A stretch of 63,439 nucleotides of DNA, filler included, from Octopus bimaculoides (Eukaryota), in NCBI RefSeq assembly GCF_001194135.2. It is 7 parts of 7 records of this genome, joined end to end, with 100 filler letters (N's around TTAATTAATTAA, not from the genome) between each part and the next. Parts side by side here need not be neighbours in the genome. Positions count along the whole stretch, not along the records: positions 38,118 to 40,470 come from NC_069005.1; positions 40,571 to 55,513 come from NC_069009.1; 5 more parts are not named here. One strand, given 5' to 3'. The notes under the pieces were generated by a model. The model searched no databases and was not told where the DNA came from. It saw nothing but the letters and a program-made list of their open reading frames with translations. This document shows positions 38,491 through 51,219 of this stretch, piece after piece. Positions within the stretch are counted from its first letter, which is position 1, and each line of letters opens with the position of its first letter. A program made the translations under genes and the position numbers.

Positions 38491-40570
38491 ATTCACTGAG
38501 CACATATATATATATAATATTATATATAAATGGCTGTGTGTATCATGATATATAATGTCAACGGCTTTTTTCTCTGTTATAAAAAGCACATGAAACATTT
38601 GAGTCTGTATCTCCAAGTAGTGATCTGTTCTGTGTTCTGACAGATTATTTATTGAGGGCGTAAATGGTATTTAGCAGTTAAGGAAAGGCGGCGAAAGTGT
38701 CCAAAAGTCTCTGTTCAAAACGCACCATGTGATACCAGAAGAGCGTTGGAAAATGACTCAGCAGTAATTTTTGGCCCGAATAGCTTAGTACGCAATACCG
38801 TCGCTCATGCTGTGCGTGTTTAAGAGCATGGCTTTCGTCAGTTAGCGTAGTCTCTTTGATTTATTTATTTGAATCAGGATATTGCTGGAAGATTTGATAC
38901 GTAACTCAGTATATATAGGGTTGTTGAATACTTGACATTTATATCATTGCTCGTGAATAATTTCTAGAACTTGCTTTGTGGGACTGTCTGCTGATGAAGA
39001 ATAATAACTGCTTTGCCATACAGGTGAGGCTTGTTTGCTTAATAGTTAGTCGACTCGCATTGTGTTTATCTCCCTTGTGAATCTTTTGTGAGTTTTGTAG
39101 GGTGTTCCATCAAACGATTTACAACCCGTTTGTATCTGATCAGATCTTAAAACTTGTCCTCCGTTAGACATGCGTAATATTTCTCAAATACCATCCGTAA
39201 ATGAAAATAACTTGCTCAACTGATCGCGGCTTTAAAGAAGCAAGATCCTGTATGCTTGAAATACTTAAATATATACATAAATACATACATATATGCATGC
39301 ATACATGTATACATGCATGCATACATAACATATAATACATACACATTACAGAGGAGAGTTATTTAGTAAAAAGAAAAAAAGAAAAGTACACCGAGGGAAA
39401 CAGAGATAAACGACACAAACGTACACAAGTACACATACACAAAATACACACACACACACACACATACACACACACACACACACACACGAATAAGCATATA
39501 TTCATACATACATGCTTATTACAATCTATATAAGAACGTGTATAAATAACCGCATATGTGTATATATATATATATGTATATAGGTATATGGAATTTATGT
39601 GTGTGTGTGTGTGTGTAAATATTATTGAATATGTGTCTGTACTCTACATACATACATAAATGCATACATATATACATATATTATATGCACACGTACACAC
39701 ACATATGTATGTATACATGTATATATGTATGTATTTATGTATGTACGGATGGATGGATAGATGGATGGACGGATGGATGGATGGATGTTTGTACGTAAAT
39801 ATGTATGTATGCTTGTGTGTGTGTGTGTGTATGTGTGTGTGTGAGTGCGTGTGTGTGTATGTATATACTTCGTGTTATTTACGATAACAACTACCAAACT
39901 CCAGATCACAAGAAATCTTTAATATAAATACAGCCATTTTTTTTTGGTTTTTTTTTTTATAAACTAAAAGCATCAATGCTTTGTATTGAAATCAAATGTT
40001 GAAAATAATTTCCTTTTATCTCGAAATAACTTTGCAATATTTTGGCTGCAGTTTGGCAAAGCTTAAACACATAAATCATCAGTGAAATTGGGAAGAAAAA
40101 AATGTAGCAGAGGTATTTCATAGTCACAGCTGGACTACCTTTGATAATATGCCAGTTGCCAGTCCGATACGTATTCAGTTGGCATTAAATGACATCAATA
40201 AAAAAACAAACAACACCACAAATAACAGCACTATGTTACACGACATTTCCATTTGATCTGCTAGAAATAGTAGCCAAATGTTTCTTCGATAGGAAGGACG
40301 AATTCCATTATGCTGTCTTTTTTGATTCGCCACATCAAAAAACATAAGCTGAGTAAATGTGCTTGGCTGTTTGAATTCAAAATGATTGCTATTTCACGAC
40401 AATGTAAATTCGTAATAAATTGACAATAATTGCAATATGTATGTATGTATATATATATATATATATATATNNNNNNNNNNNNNNNNNNNNNNNNNNNNNN
40501 NNNNNNNNNNNNNNTTAATTAATTAANNNNNNNNNNNNNNNNNNNNNNNNNNNNNNNNNNNNNNNNNNNN

Positions 40571-40995
40571 TTTTATGTGACACCAGCATCAACCACATTG
40601 CCTTCGTGAGGCCCAACGCTCAAATGGTGCTTTTTATGTGACACCATTATCAACCACATTGCCTTTGTGAGGCCCAACGCTCAAATGGTGCTTTTTATGT
40701 GACACCAGCATCAACCACATTGCCTTCGTGATGCCCAACGCTCAAATGGTGCTTTTTATGTGACACCAGCATCAGCCATGACTATGATTTCATTTGGCTT
40801 GATGATTCTTCTCAAGCACAGCATATCGCCTAAGAACTCGGTCATTAGTCATTGCCTCTGAGAGGTTCGACATTCGAAGATCATGCTTCATCACCTCGTC
40901 TCATGTCTTCCTGGGTCTACCTCTAACACAGTTTCCCTCCGCAGTTAGAGATTGGCACTTCTTTATACAGCTGTCCTCATCCATATACATATTCA
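40571..40995 (-). mobile_element. RTE LINE 3' fragment with 61-bp tandem repeat in the 3' UTR
   Basis: The reverse strand encodes MDEDSCIKKCQSLTAEG...GRPRKT*DEVMKHDL..., homologous to 61171-61380. A 61-bp unit repeats about 3.4 times (GTGACACC at 40577, 40638, 40699, 40760). Confidence 0.85.
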
Positions 40996-41088
40996 CACAA
41001 TTTCAGAATTTTACTGGTCACAACCTTTTAATTGGCTCTGCTGGAAAATTCTTTTAATTATTAGTATTTGTGATTTTCCATTTTCCAG

Positions 41089-41481
41089 GAGCTGGGACGG
41101 TGAATATAGCTTCATCCCAAAGATTAAAACTACAAGAGTCTCATCAAGCAAGGTGTGCATGGACAACATCCGCAGCAGTGATACAAAAGACAGAAATGGT
41201 GGTGACGACGATAAGAAATTCAGCGAGATGAGTGAGGAATTGGATGATAGCAAAAATAATGACAATATGTTGCTTGGTGACAGTGATGATGATGATGATG
41301 ATGACTATCACCACAATGAGGATGATGATGAAGATGACATACTGGCTTCAGATACAGAGTAAGAAAGGACAAGGGGGTGGATAGTGGTAAGAGGTCGACA
41401 AGGGTGATTGATGAATTGGTTGTATTGGAAGAGCTAAACCTGGCTCTGAAAGCCATGGCTTCTGCTTTTGAACGATTGCAA
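41089..41481 (+). CDS. Candidate coding exon(s): either 41089-41358 (acidic D-rich frame) or 41089-41152 plus 41352-41481
   Basis: Strong acceptor tttgtgattttccattttccag. Reading 1 is SWDGEYSFIPKIK...DDILASDT with donor AGA|GTAAGA. Reading 2 is AGTVNIASSQRLKLQESHQA-R-YRVRKDKG...VIDELVVLEELNLALKAMASAFERLQ. Confidence 0.5.
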
Positions 41482-41753
41482 GTGTCTAAAGTGTATGTGT
41501 GTGTATATGTATACTACATGGGCATACACATACAGTTATATGTATGTATATGTATATTTATGTGAGTGAATATATAGATATTTATATATAGAGGCAATTA
41601 TGTGGATAAGCATGATTGAACGCTAATACTTTTGATTTCAATTAAAGGGAGGAAAGGAACTCAGAATGAGGGTCTTCCTGATGGAAAGAAGGAAGTGAGG
41701 GACGAATTGCTATTATTTTGATACAGTTCTATATTTAAGAGATGAGGAATTAT

Positions 41754-41896
41754 GTACATTATTTACATTTGATGGATATTAGTCCTCATCTTGTTTGTTG
41801 TTAAGACACCTGATGAAGGCTGGAGGGTATATCAGCCGAAACGTGTTAACAACAAACAAGATGAGGACAAATATTCGTCAAATGTAAATAACGTAC
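41754..41896 (+). ncRNA. Hammerhead-ribozyme-like core inside a 51-bp-arm inverted repeat (Penelope-like terminus)
   Basis: ACAC-CTGATGA(41810-41816)-A-GGCTG-10nt-CAGCC-GAAA(41838-41841)-C-GTGT. Arms 41754-41804 and 41846-41896 are near-perfect reverse complements. Confidence 0.55.
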
Positions 41897-42609
41897 CTAT
41901 TATTTTGATAAGAAGATATAATTCATCTGAATCATAAGGGAAAAGGATATGGTTAAATGTCTTGTTATAAAGACAAAGAATTAATCCTAAAAGGTTGAAT
42001 GAAGAGATGATTAATGAGACTCTTGCTAATTTGTAAAACTTATAAACACATTCACCGGTTATTTGTCTACATTTTAGTTCAATAAATAAACATCAACTCC
42101 TTTTGAAAAAGAAAAAGAAGCAAAATATTGGCAAACAACAGTTGGATTGTTTGTGGAATTTATTAAGTTTGACTTCTTCCAAATCCAACAAACACTCTTG
42201 CATTTCTAATGTTTCACACTAAAATTCCTGCAAACAAATTTCATCATCGTCATCATCATATAGTCATTTGTGTATATATTTAATTACTCTATACACACTT
42301 GTATGTATAGAGTGTATGCATGTGTTTACAATATGAATATATGTGTAAGTCTAGATGAATCTGTATATTTATGTATACATTTACTGTATAACTATTCATA
42401 TATATATACACATATATATACACACACACACACACACATATGGATGGGCATATATGTACATGCGTGTGTATATAATATTCATTGAATAAATACAAACAAA
42501 ATAAATCAATAGTTGGATTACTTTCTCCATTCTTGTTAATGTTATTTTTCCCCTCTAATACTGTATTGATGACAATCATTTTATTATTTAGACCCAGGTC
42601 AGCCCTTAG

Positions 42610-43095
42610 TAGAGGTGCATGGCTTAGTGGTTAGAGTGTTGGATTCATGATCATAAGATTGTGGTTTCAATTTCGGGACTGGGCAACACATTGTGTTCTT
42701 GAGCAAGACACTTCATTTCACATTGCTCCAGTCCACTCAGATGGCAAAAATGAGTAATCTTGCAAATGGACCAGCATCCCTTCCCGGTGGGGAAATATAT
42801 ATATGGCACAGAATCTGGGAAACTGACCTTATCAGCCTATGGCTCAGATGAGACCTTTGATCGAGTGGAGATGTGTAGCTTAGTGGTTATGGTGTTGGAC
42901 TCATGATTGTAAGATTGTGGTTTCAATTCCTCAACAAAGTAAGGTGTTGTGTTCTTGAGCCAAACTTTACATTTCATGTTGCTCAAGTCCACTCAGCTGG
43001 CAAAAATGAGTAATCCTGCAATGGACTGGCATCCTATCCAGGTGGGGAATATATACACCATGACACTGGGAAACTGGCTCTTATGAGTAGCATGA
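42610..43095 (+). mobile_element. Two tandem SINEs with family C head and a third tail type, CpG-decayed
   Basis: GAGGTGCATGGCTTAGTGGTTAG... (42611) and GAGATGTGTAGCTTAGTGGTTA... (~42868). Both continue ...GGCAAAAATGAGTAATC(C/T)TGCAA. Confidence 0.8.
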
Positions 43096-43452
43096 TCATA
43101 TTCCAGCCATGGTCATCCCATCTTTTATTCAGACATAATGTATCTAGGTACAACAACAAAATGAGCCCCTGAAGGAACGTTGATATGGTCCCTCTACCTG
43201 CCTAAAATAATAACTCTCCGATCACTTGTGACTATCTTAAACAAAAGAACACATTAGATAAATGGAAACCTAGATATTCTGCACTATTCTAAAAGATTTT
43301 TTTGCATTAATGCAGGCTTGTAAGTAATTTGTTTATTATTAAATATAATAATATAAAATATCTTTACATTTTTTAAGTTACAAAACAACATTTTGCGATA
43401 TTTTTATGAGTACTACCAGATTACTTAAATTTATATATATGTATATATATGC

Positions 43453-43490
<38 letters not shown>

Positions 43491-44377
43491 NNNNNNNNNN
43501 NNNNNNNNNNNNNNNNNNNNNNNNNNNNNNNNNNNNNNNNNNNNNNNNNNNNNNNNNNNNNNNNNNNNNNNNNNNNNNNNNNNNNNNNNNNNNNNNNNNN
43601 NNNNNNNNNNNNNNNNNNNNNNNNNNNNNNNNNNNNNNNNNNNNNNNNNNNNNNNNNNNNNNNNNNNNNNNNNNNNNNNNNNNNNNNNNNNNNNNNNNNN
43701 NNNNNNNNNNNNNNNNNNNNNNNATTATATTTAATAATAAATGAATTACTTACATGTCTGCATTAATACAAAAAATCTTTTAAAGCAATGCAGAAATTAA
43801 GCTACATCCTCGGGCGAAAGAAAATCTTTGTTAAATACTAAAATCTTTATGTAACACTTCAAGAATACAAAATCAGTATTTAAATAGAATGTTAAAAATT
43901 ATGGAAGACAATAATAATTAGATTAATGTAAAATAAGACAACTGTCTGACAAATGGAAGGGAATTTCAGTAATATAATTCAAAAGTAATATTAGTATAAT
44001 AAAACAAATGAGAAATGTAGAAAATAAAGTAATTTTTCAAAATACATCACTGCATCCAATCAATACCCAATGCCTAAAGGAAAACTTTATTGCACTTGGT
44101 AAAGAACATTTATATCGGTGCTTCCTCTTCCATATCTAAAATTTGTTGGAATAATCATAAATCTATATTTAGACATAAAAAAATAAGACTGTTAGTACAT
44201 CCTTAGCTAAATATGTAAGTTCTCTCACTGATAATAGCATTGAATATAAAATTGCTTGGTGGTTGGCCCTTCATCTGGTACGCTACATGCTATGACACCT
44301 CCAGCATCAACTTGGTGTGTTCAGCTACCAGCCCAGGTTCCGCTGCTCATCAGGCTGAAAGAGAAAACTGTCAAAAT

Positions 44378-44596
44378 ATTCCTTTCTGCTCTAGGCACAA
44401 AGCCTGAGATTTTTGGGGAGGGAGCTGGTTGATTAGATCGACCCCAGTATGCAACTGGTACTTAATTCATCAACCCCAAAAGGATGAAAGGCAATGTTGA
44501 CCTTGATGGAATTTGAACTCAGAATGTCCAAGACAGATGAAATACCACTAAGCATTTTGCCCGGTGTGCTAACGTTTCTGCCAGCCCGCCGCCTTC
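44378..44596 (-). mobile_element. SINE family B with 13-bp target-site duplication
   Basis: AAACTGTCAAAAT at 44365-44377 and 44597-44609 flanks the element. Confidence 0.9.
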
Positions 44597-45569
44597 AAAC
44601 TGTCAAAATGTTGGCCACTCTTTGACAGGTTTGTGGTCAAGCTTGTGGCAATGAAGAGCTCCTGTATTCTTGGCCCTTGGGCCACATCCCTGCTTACTGC
44701 TACCAGGGTAGCCCCGCATGTCAAAGTGACTGATCCATTGCATCTTCTTTATCCTTTTCCATTTTGTCTGCTGGGACCATGAGGCAGACTGACAAGCCTT
44801 TTTTAGATCCTTTGCTGTGAGGAAGAGGAAAGATAAGACAATTCAAGCAGGGCCCTTCATCAAATTTAGAAAGCTTTATGAGACACATGCAAAAAATAAA
44901 AAGAACAACTAAAAAAAATTCTAGTCCTTATAGCATAAATAATTTGATGACTTGTAGGGACGTGGTCTTTTGTTATACAGCCATAGTAACACTATAAAGT
45001 ATATTAAAGGTTTTTTTATAAGTTAATACCATGTTCTATTGTGTTAGCAGTGTGATTACATCACTTGTTAAGGTTATCTCTAGATAAATAATATGATGGG
45101 AAAAAGTGGAAACAAACAAAACTATTACAATTGTTGAAAGAATTAATGATAATGGTGATAGTTTAATAGTTAACACTGGTGGCACCAAATTTCAACAATA
45201 AAATACTTCTAGGCACTAACAAAAACAATTACAGTTATATGCTCTGTTTGACCCTAATGATGTTAATAAGGGCAACCCCTGTGATAAGCATGATGTAACT
45301 GAAAAGAAATAAGATCTCTAATGTAAAGCATGAGTTTGCATTATAATTTTGAATCAACGCTAAACACCTTACTCATAATAATAATAATAACAACAACAAC
45401 AATAATTATTATAATAATATCCCAGTAATTGTAGCTAATATTATGAGGAAATAAGATAATATGAATGAGATTAGTAGCCATATTATTGTAAGGCAGGATA
45501 CGCAAATAATAACCAAATTACTTTTTACCTCATGAAAATAAGTTCAGAAATAAAAATAGATTCAATAAA

Positions 45570-45745
45570 CATGTTTTGTGACTCAACACCACCACCCTAG
45601 TTTAAATGTTGCTTCAGATGTGGCTAGAAAGTTTTTCCAATCTTCAGATAAACCCTTCACAGCCAGCTCATATCATCAAATTTTCAATAGACACATGGTC
45701 AAACTGGTTTACTCCACCGTGCTAAATATATCGCATTAATTTAAA
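45570..45745 (+). mobile_element. Penelope-like element (PLE) ORF relic
   Basis: The frame PSLNVASDVARKFFQSSDKPFTASSYHQIFNRHMVKLVYS resembles the PLE post-RT motif (PPxSxNVxTxIGKxF...HKIFNRxTVKxSYS) that precedes the GIY-YIG endonuclease. Confidence 0.65.
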
Positions 45746-46432
45746 TGTGGTAGAGTAAATCATACAACTAATAACACTGTAGGCATTGACCAGCCTCGTA
45801 GTAGTGTGGTACTTAGCCATTCAAATAACCACAATACATAAGTAATGCAAATAATGTATTGATGCACTTAATTTTAATAATAGAACTACTAACGATGGTA
45901 GAGCTGGACCCATTACATCACCCAATAATCAAACTAACCTTGCTTTATGTAACTTTCAAAGTAAATCAGTGTCCAGTCAATGATCAATGCCTAAAGGAAA
46001 ACTCTCCTACATTTGATAAAGAATGCTTATAACAGTGTTTCCTCTTCCACATTTAAATTTCATTGTGATAATCATAAATTTACATCTTGACATAAAAAAA
46101 TAAGGCTAGTAGTACATCCTTAGCTAAATATGTACATTCTCTCATATTAACATTGAATATAAAATTGTTTGGTCCATCATAGGCAATGCACAGTCATATA
46201 AAGTGGGTAGTGGTTGGTGTGGGCTCGGCTCTGTGCATCTGAGGCATTTCACATTAGTAAAATTAAACCAAATGTAATGAATTGATTATAAGATGCCAGC
46301 ATCTTAGAAATAACTCATTCTTAACTTATCAGATCTAAACTAGTAAACTTTATGACTGATCAATGCAATTATTTTTCTTATCCGACAAAGACCATAACAC
46401 AATTTTCCATTTGTAATATACAGTGCATCGAA

Positions 46433-46640
46433 GGTGACAAAGCTGGCAGAAAAGTTAGCATGCCAGATAAAATGCTGAGTAGCATTTCATCCATCTTTAT
46501 GCTTTAAGTTCAAATACTGCCATGGTCAACCTTGTCTTTCATCCTTCTGGGGTCAATGGAAAAGTATCAGTTGGGCACTGGGGTTGCTGTGCTCCACCTA
46601 CCCACTCCCCCAAATTTACTGCCTTGTGCCAAAATTTGAT
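46433..46640 (+). mobile_element. SINE family B, strongly CpG-decayed
   Basis: GGTGACAAGCTGGCAGAA...CTTTCATCCTTCTGGGGTCAAT, with nearly all CG positions read as TG/CA. Confidence 0.8.
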
Positions 46641-47749
46641 ACCAATATACTGTTGTAGCAAACTGATAAGAGGCGGAGAGAGAACATAGGTTCGTTTGCC
46701 CAGACAGGAGAAATTGTTGATTTCTCATTGGTTAAAAATTACTGCCCATATACGAATTCTGAACTTTCATCAAAGAAATTTTTCACAATGTATGGTTCTA
46801 GAATTCGTGTATGAGCAGTTATAAAAACCCTGGTTTTGGGGAAACTCTCCAGTGATAGTTGGGTTGTCAATCAAATCCATGACACTCACCCTTTTGAGTA
46901 TCAGCTAATCTTTATGCCATGTTCAATACTCAAATCCAACAAGTATTTATGAAACTATTTTTTTTTATGTAACGGTCAAAAGAACATGAATCCACATCTT
47001 CAACATACATGCATATATTGAACGCACGTTCAGCGTCTTGATGTGTATAATTCATTATAACATTTACGCAGCCTGAATTAAGAGTTATGCTTAGTGATGA
47101 ATACTTATAATTAAGTTATAAGTGACGAGATTATCATCATAGCTTCTTACTTAATAAAGAATAATATTTGTTATAACTTACAATCAAAAACATTATAAAC
47201 AAGATATAGTATTCGCCACCGACTGTCACATAAAACTGTGTATTAGAATGACAGCATATGATCAAATATGCAGTATATTGGCATCAAATTATTATGTTAA
47301 TAATAATAATAATATTATAATAAAACTATTATGAAAAACTACTCAATGGCAGTCTGTCCTACATTTTTACACCCTAAACTATTCAAACATATTTGAATTG
47401 GTAATAACCTCGTATTTATACATGTCACTGCGTAGTGTTGCTATCCCATAATTCATTTATGATGAGCCACTGATTAGCACTGCCAATCATTGTTCAATGG
47501 CAAGAATATCATAAGAGTGACAATCTCTCTTATCCTCATGGAAGTTACTCTTTCGTCACTGTCCTTCGTTCTGTCATTCAAACTTAACTTCACTCTTGTT
47601 TGATTTAATCTTAGACATTATTCATTTATCTTTTACTTGTCTCGGTTATTAGACTGCGGCCATGTTGGGGCACTGCCTTGAAGAATTTTAGTCAAACAAA
47701 CATTTTTTTAGCACTTTTTTTTTTTAAAGTATTTATTCACATACAGATA

Positions 47750-47781
<32 letters not shown>

Positions 47782-47809
47782 AATACACAATTAATTTCTT
47801 TCAGTTTCT

Positions 47810-48040
47810 TATTTCGTTATTGCCCACAAGGGGCTAAACATAGAGGGGACAAGCAAGGATAGACAAAGGGATTAAGTCGATTACATCGACCCCAGTGCGT
47901 AACTGGTACTTAATTTATCGACCCCGAAAGGATGAAAGGCAAAGTTGACCTCAGCGGAATTTGAACTCAGAACGTAATGCCAGAATAAATACCGCTAAGT
48001 ATTTCGCCCAGCGTGCTAACGATTCTGCCAGCTCGCCGCC
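47810..48040 (-). mobile_element. Young full-length SINE family B inserted into a family A SINE, 19-bp TSD
   Basis: TTAATTTCTTTCAGTTTCT at 47791-47809 and 48041-48059. CpGs are intact. The host family A sequence resumes at 48060. Confidence 0.92.
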
Positions 48041-48059
48041 TTAATTTCTTTCAGTTTCT

Positions 48060-48480
48060 GTCTACCAAAATCTACTCACAAGGATTTGGTCGGCCTGAGG
48101 CTATAGCAGAAGATGCTTGCCCAGGGTGCCACACAGTAGGACTGAACCCAGAACCATTTTGTTGGGAAGCAAACTTCTTATTGTACAACTATGCCTCCAC
48201 CTTTTATCTTTTACTTGTTTCATTCATTAGACTGCAGCGATGCTGGGGCACCACCTTGTAGAAGTTTAGTCGAATGAATTGACCCGTATAATTTTTGTAA
48301 AGCCTGATCCTTTTCCTACCAGTTTTTTTTCGCAAAACTCCTTTAGCTACAGGGACATAAACACACCAACATCAGTTGTGAAGCAGTGGGGGAAACAAAG
48401 ATGCACACAGATTACATAAAAATGTTCACTATCTGAACATGGTCGACCCTAGGCTATAGTAGTGGGACTGAACCCAGAAT
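48060..48480 (-). mobile_element. SINE family A pieces (head 48060-48180; second copy 48205-48480)
   Basis: Similarity to 833-1226. Confidence 0.75.
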
Positions 48481-48631
48481 TATGCCATTAGGTTGTCTAT
48501 TTAAGCAATTAGAGATCTTTATTCTCCATCTCAAAAGGACTCTCCTGTCTCAGGGAATGTTTTTATAAGTGGTTGCTTACTTCTCTGCACCCATCTACAC
48601 CTAGATTTGTTCATTCACTCAGTGTAACTGG

Positions 48632-48942
48632 TACTCCATCGGTTACAACAAGGGTTTCAGTTGATCCAATCAATCGAACAGCCTGCTCATGAAATTCATG
48701 TGTATATGGTTGAGTATTCCACAGACACATGTTCCCTTGACATAGTTCTCAGGGAGATTTAACATGACACAGTGTCACAAGGCTGGCATTTTGAATTACA
48801 GGTACAACTCATTTTTACCAGCTGAGAGGACTGGAGCAATGTGAAATAAAGTGTCTTGCTCAAGGACACAACACATTGCCACAAATTGAACTCACAACCT
48901 CATGATCATGAGCTGAATGCCCTAACTACTGAACCATGTGCC
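48632..48942 (-). mobile_element. SINE family C, CpG-decayed
   Basis: Reverse complement of the 25910-26228 type with CG changed to TG/CA. Confidence 0.85.
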
Positions 48943-50072
48943 TGTACGCCAGTGTATACATAGAGATATATCAAAATACACTCACCCACACACACACATT
49001 CTCTCTTATGTTTAAGCAGAAACAATGTCAAGTTATAATGAAATTTCTTCTTCCTTCTCCTAAATTAAGTCTTTTCATTTATTTCAACCTAATCTGCCTT
49101 CCTCTTTCAGGTAATATATGACCTTATTTCTTGTTTCCCCTAACCTTTCAATATCAATATTTATGCCTACATATCTTTCACAAATGATTTGTGTTCTGTC
49201 ATTTTGACTGATATTTTCATTTTCTTTTTAACTGTTATTTCTAGCTGATCAATTAACCACAGATGGTTTTTTTTTTGTCTTCATCATCTCTTAAGAAAGT
49301 TTCTGTTATAGTTGGTTGTTGTCTTAGATACACTATTTTTTGACTCTCCCTCTTTCCCTGAAAGACAGCTACTGCAGTAATACAATACAATACACAACCT
49401 ATCAGCTATGTATTAGACACTAAATATGATATATAGATGGCTAATTTAATCAAATGCTGCGTAATTTGGGGGTTTGAAAAGCATCTTCAGCGAGCTGGTC
49501 ATGCTACTTCAGGCTGATGATGAACAATGACTCAGAAACATGTCCCTGAATGCACACTAGGCTGGGTGGGGGTGCTTGTCTACCCCTCGCAAATATAAGG
49601 ACACAGGAAATGTGTCAAGGCCAACAGGAAGCGGTCCAGCTTCCTAGGGCTAAATAGCAGTATGTTTCCCTTATTGGGACTGTCAAATTAAGTTGACAGT
49701 ATACAACTGCTTCTGCGTAATTGTGTTGATTGGATTTTTATTCAGCCCAGCAGCAATTTGCAACATCAGTGAATGTTTTATTTACTGTTTCTTGTATGAA
49801 AGGCAAAGAATTCTTGTCAGAGCTGGCTGTTAGTACATGCCATTGTAAAGGCTGGAATGCATCTGTCATTCACAATGATTGCTACTGGGATGAACACTCA
49901 TCGCCTGCTAATATTGTGTTTTTAACACAGAACATCTATGGGAGATGTTATCTCAGGACAAATGCTTCAGTAACTGGCCTTGAACAGTATATGTACATTA
50001 AGAATGATGCATAGGTGGGTATATATATATATATATATATAATCACACACACACACACATTTATACATATAT

Positions 50073-50368
50073 AAAGGGTAAAGACTCCCTTTATATATAA
50101 TGATCATGGGATTGCACCTGGAAATTTCCCCTCTGAAGATGTTTATAGAAGACCAGCAGTCTCCTGTGCATACCAGCCTCCCCTCTCCATGCTGCGGATG
50201 TCATCCATGGGAAAGGTAAAGCCCAATACAGCTTGTTACCAGTGACACCAAAGCTCATTTCTACAGTTGAGTGAACTGCAGCAACATGAAATAAAGTGTC
50301 TTGCTCAAGAACACAATGCAGCCTTCACATTTGTAAGCACAATGCTCTGACTACTGAACCATGCGCCT
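50073..50368 (-). mobile_element. SINE family D, CpG-decayed
   Basis: Aligns to 27830-28158 and 4568-4884. Confidence 0.85.
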
Positions 50369-51062
50369 TCACTATATATATATATATGTACACACACATA
50401 TATAGAGTGTATAGAGAGGGAGTGATACCCATTGTTTCAAAATATATGTAGAACAAAGAACCTTGACACAGATGAGTAAATGATATAAAACCTGTATGGT
50501 GACTTGAATTGCATTTGATGTTGTTGTTGTTTTGTGTGAATGGAAGGTTTAGCTAGAGAGGTGGCAGGTGGGGGGGAGGGGGCTCAGTCTAGTATATTTA
50601 CACACTGAAGCTATATTAATAAACTGTGAGGTTGAATTATAATAAACTTCTATAGCTTTTGTTTATTGTTTTAAAATATAGGACACATACCTTGTGGTGT
50701 TGTTAACTAGTTTGTTTTACAGCCGTTTGATTCCAGCTCGAATCATGTTACTGAATAATGTGTGTAGATCATATTACTTTTGTTATAGCTTTGGAGAAAA
50801 CCAACTCTNNNNNNNNNNNNNNNNNNNNNNNNNNNNNNNNNNNNNNNNNNNNNNNNNNNNNNNNNNNNNNNNNNNNNNNNNNNNNNNNNNNNNNNNNNNN
50901 NNNNNNNNNNNNNNNNNNNNNNNNNNNNNNNNNNNNNNNNNNNNNNNNNNNNNNNNNNNNNNNNNNNNNNNNNNNNNNNNNNNNNNNNNNNNNNNNNNNN
51001 NNNNNNNNNNNNNNNNNNNNNNNNNNNNNNNNNNNNNNNNNNNNNNNNNNNNNNNNNNNNNN

Positions 51063-51130
<68 letters not shown>

Positions 51131-51219
51131 ACTGAGAAACATTAAGAGACAAACACACACATACATATATGTACTGTCAATGGCTCTGTCTCATTTATAG
51201 ATATACTATCGTCCTTTAA

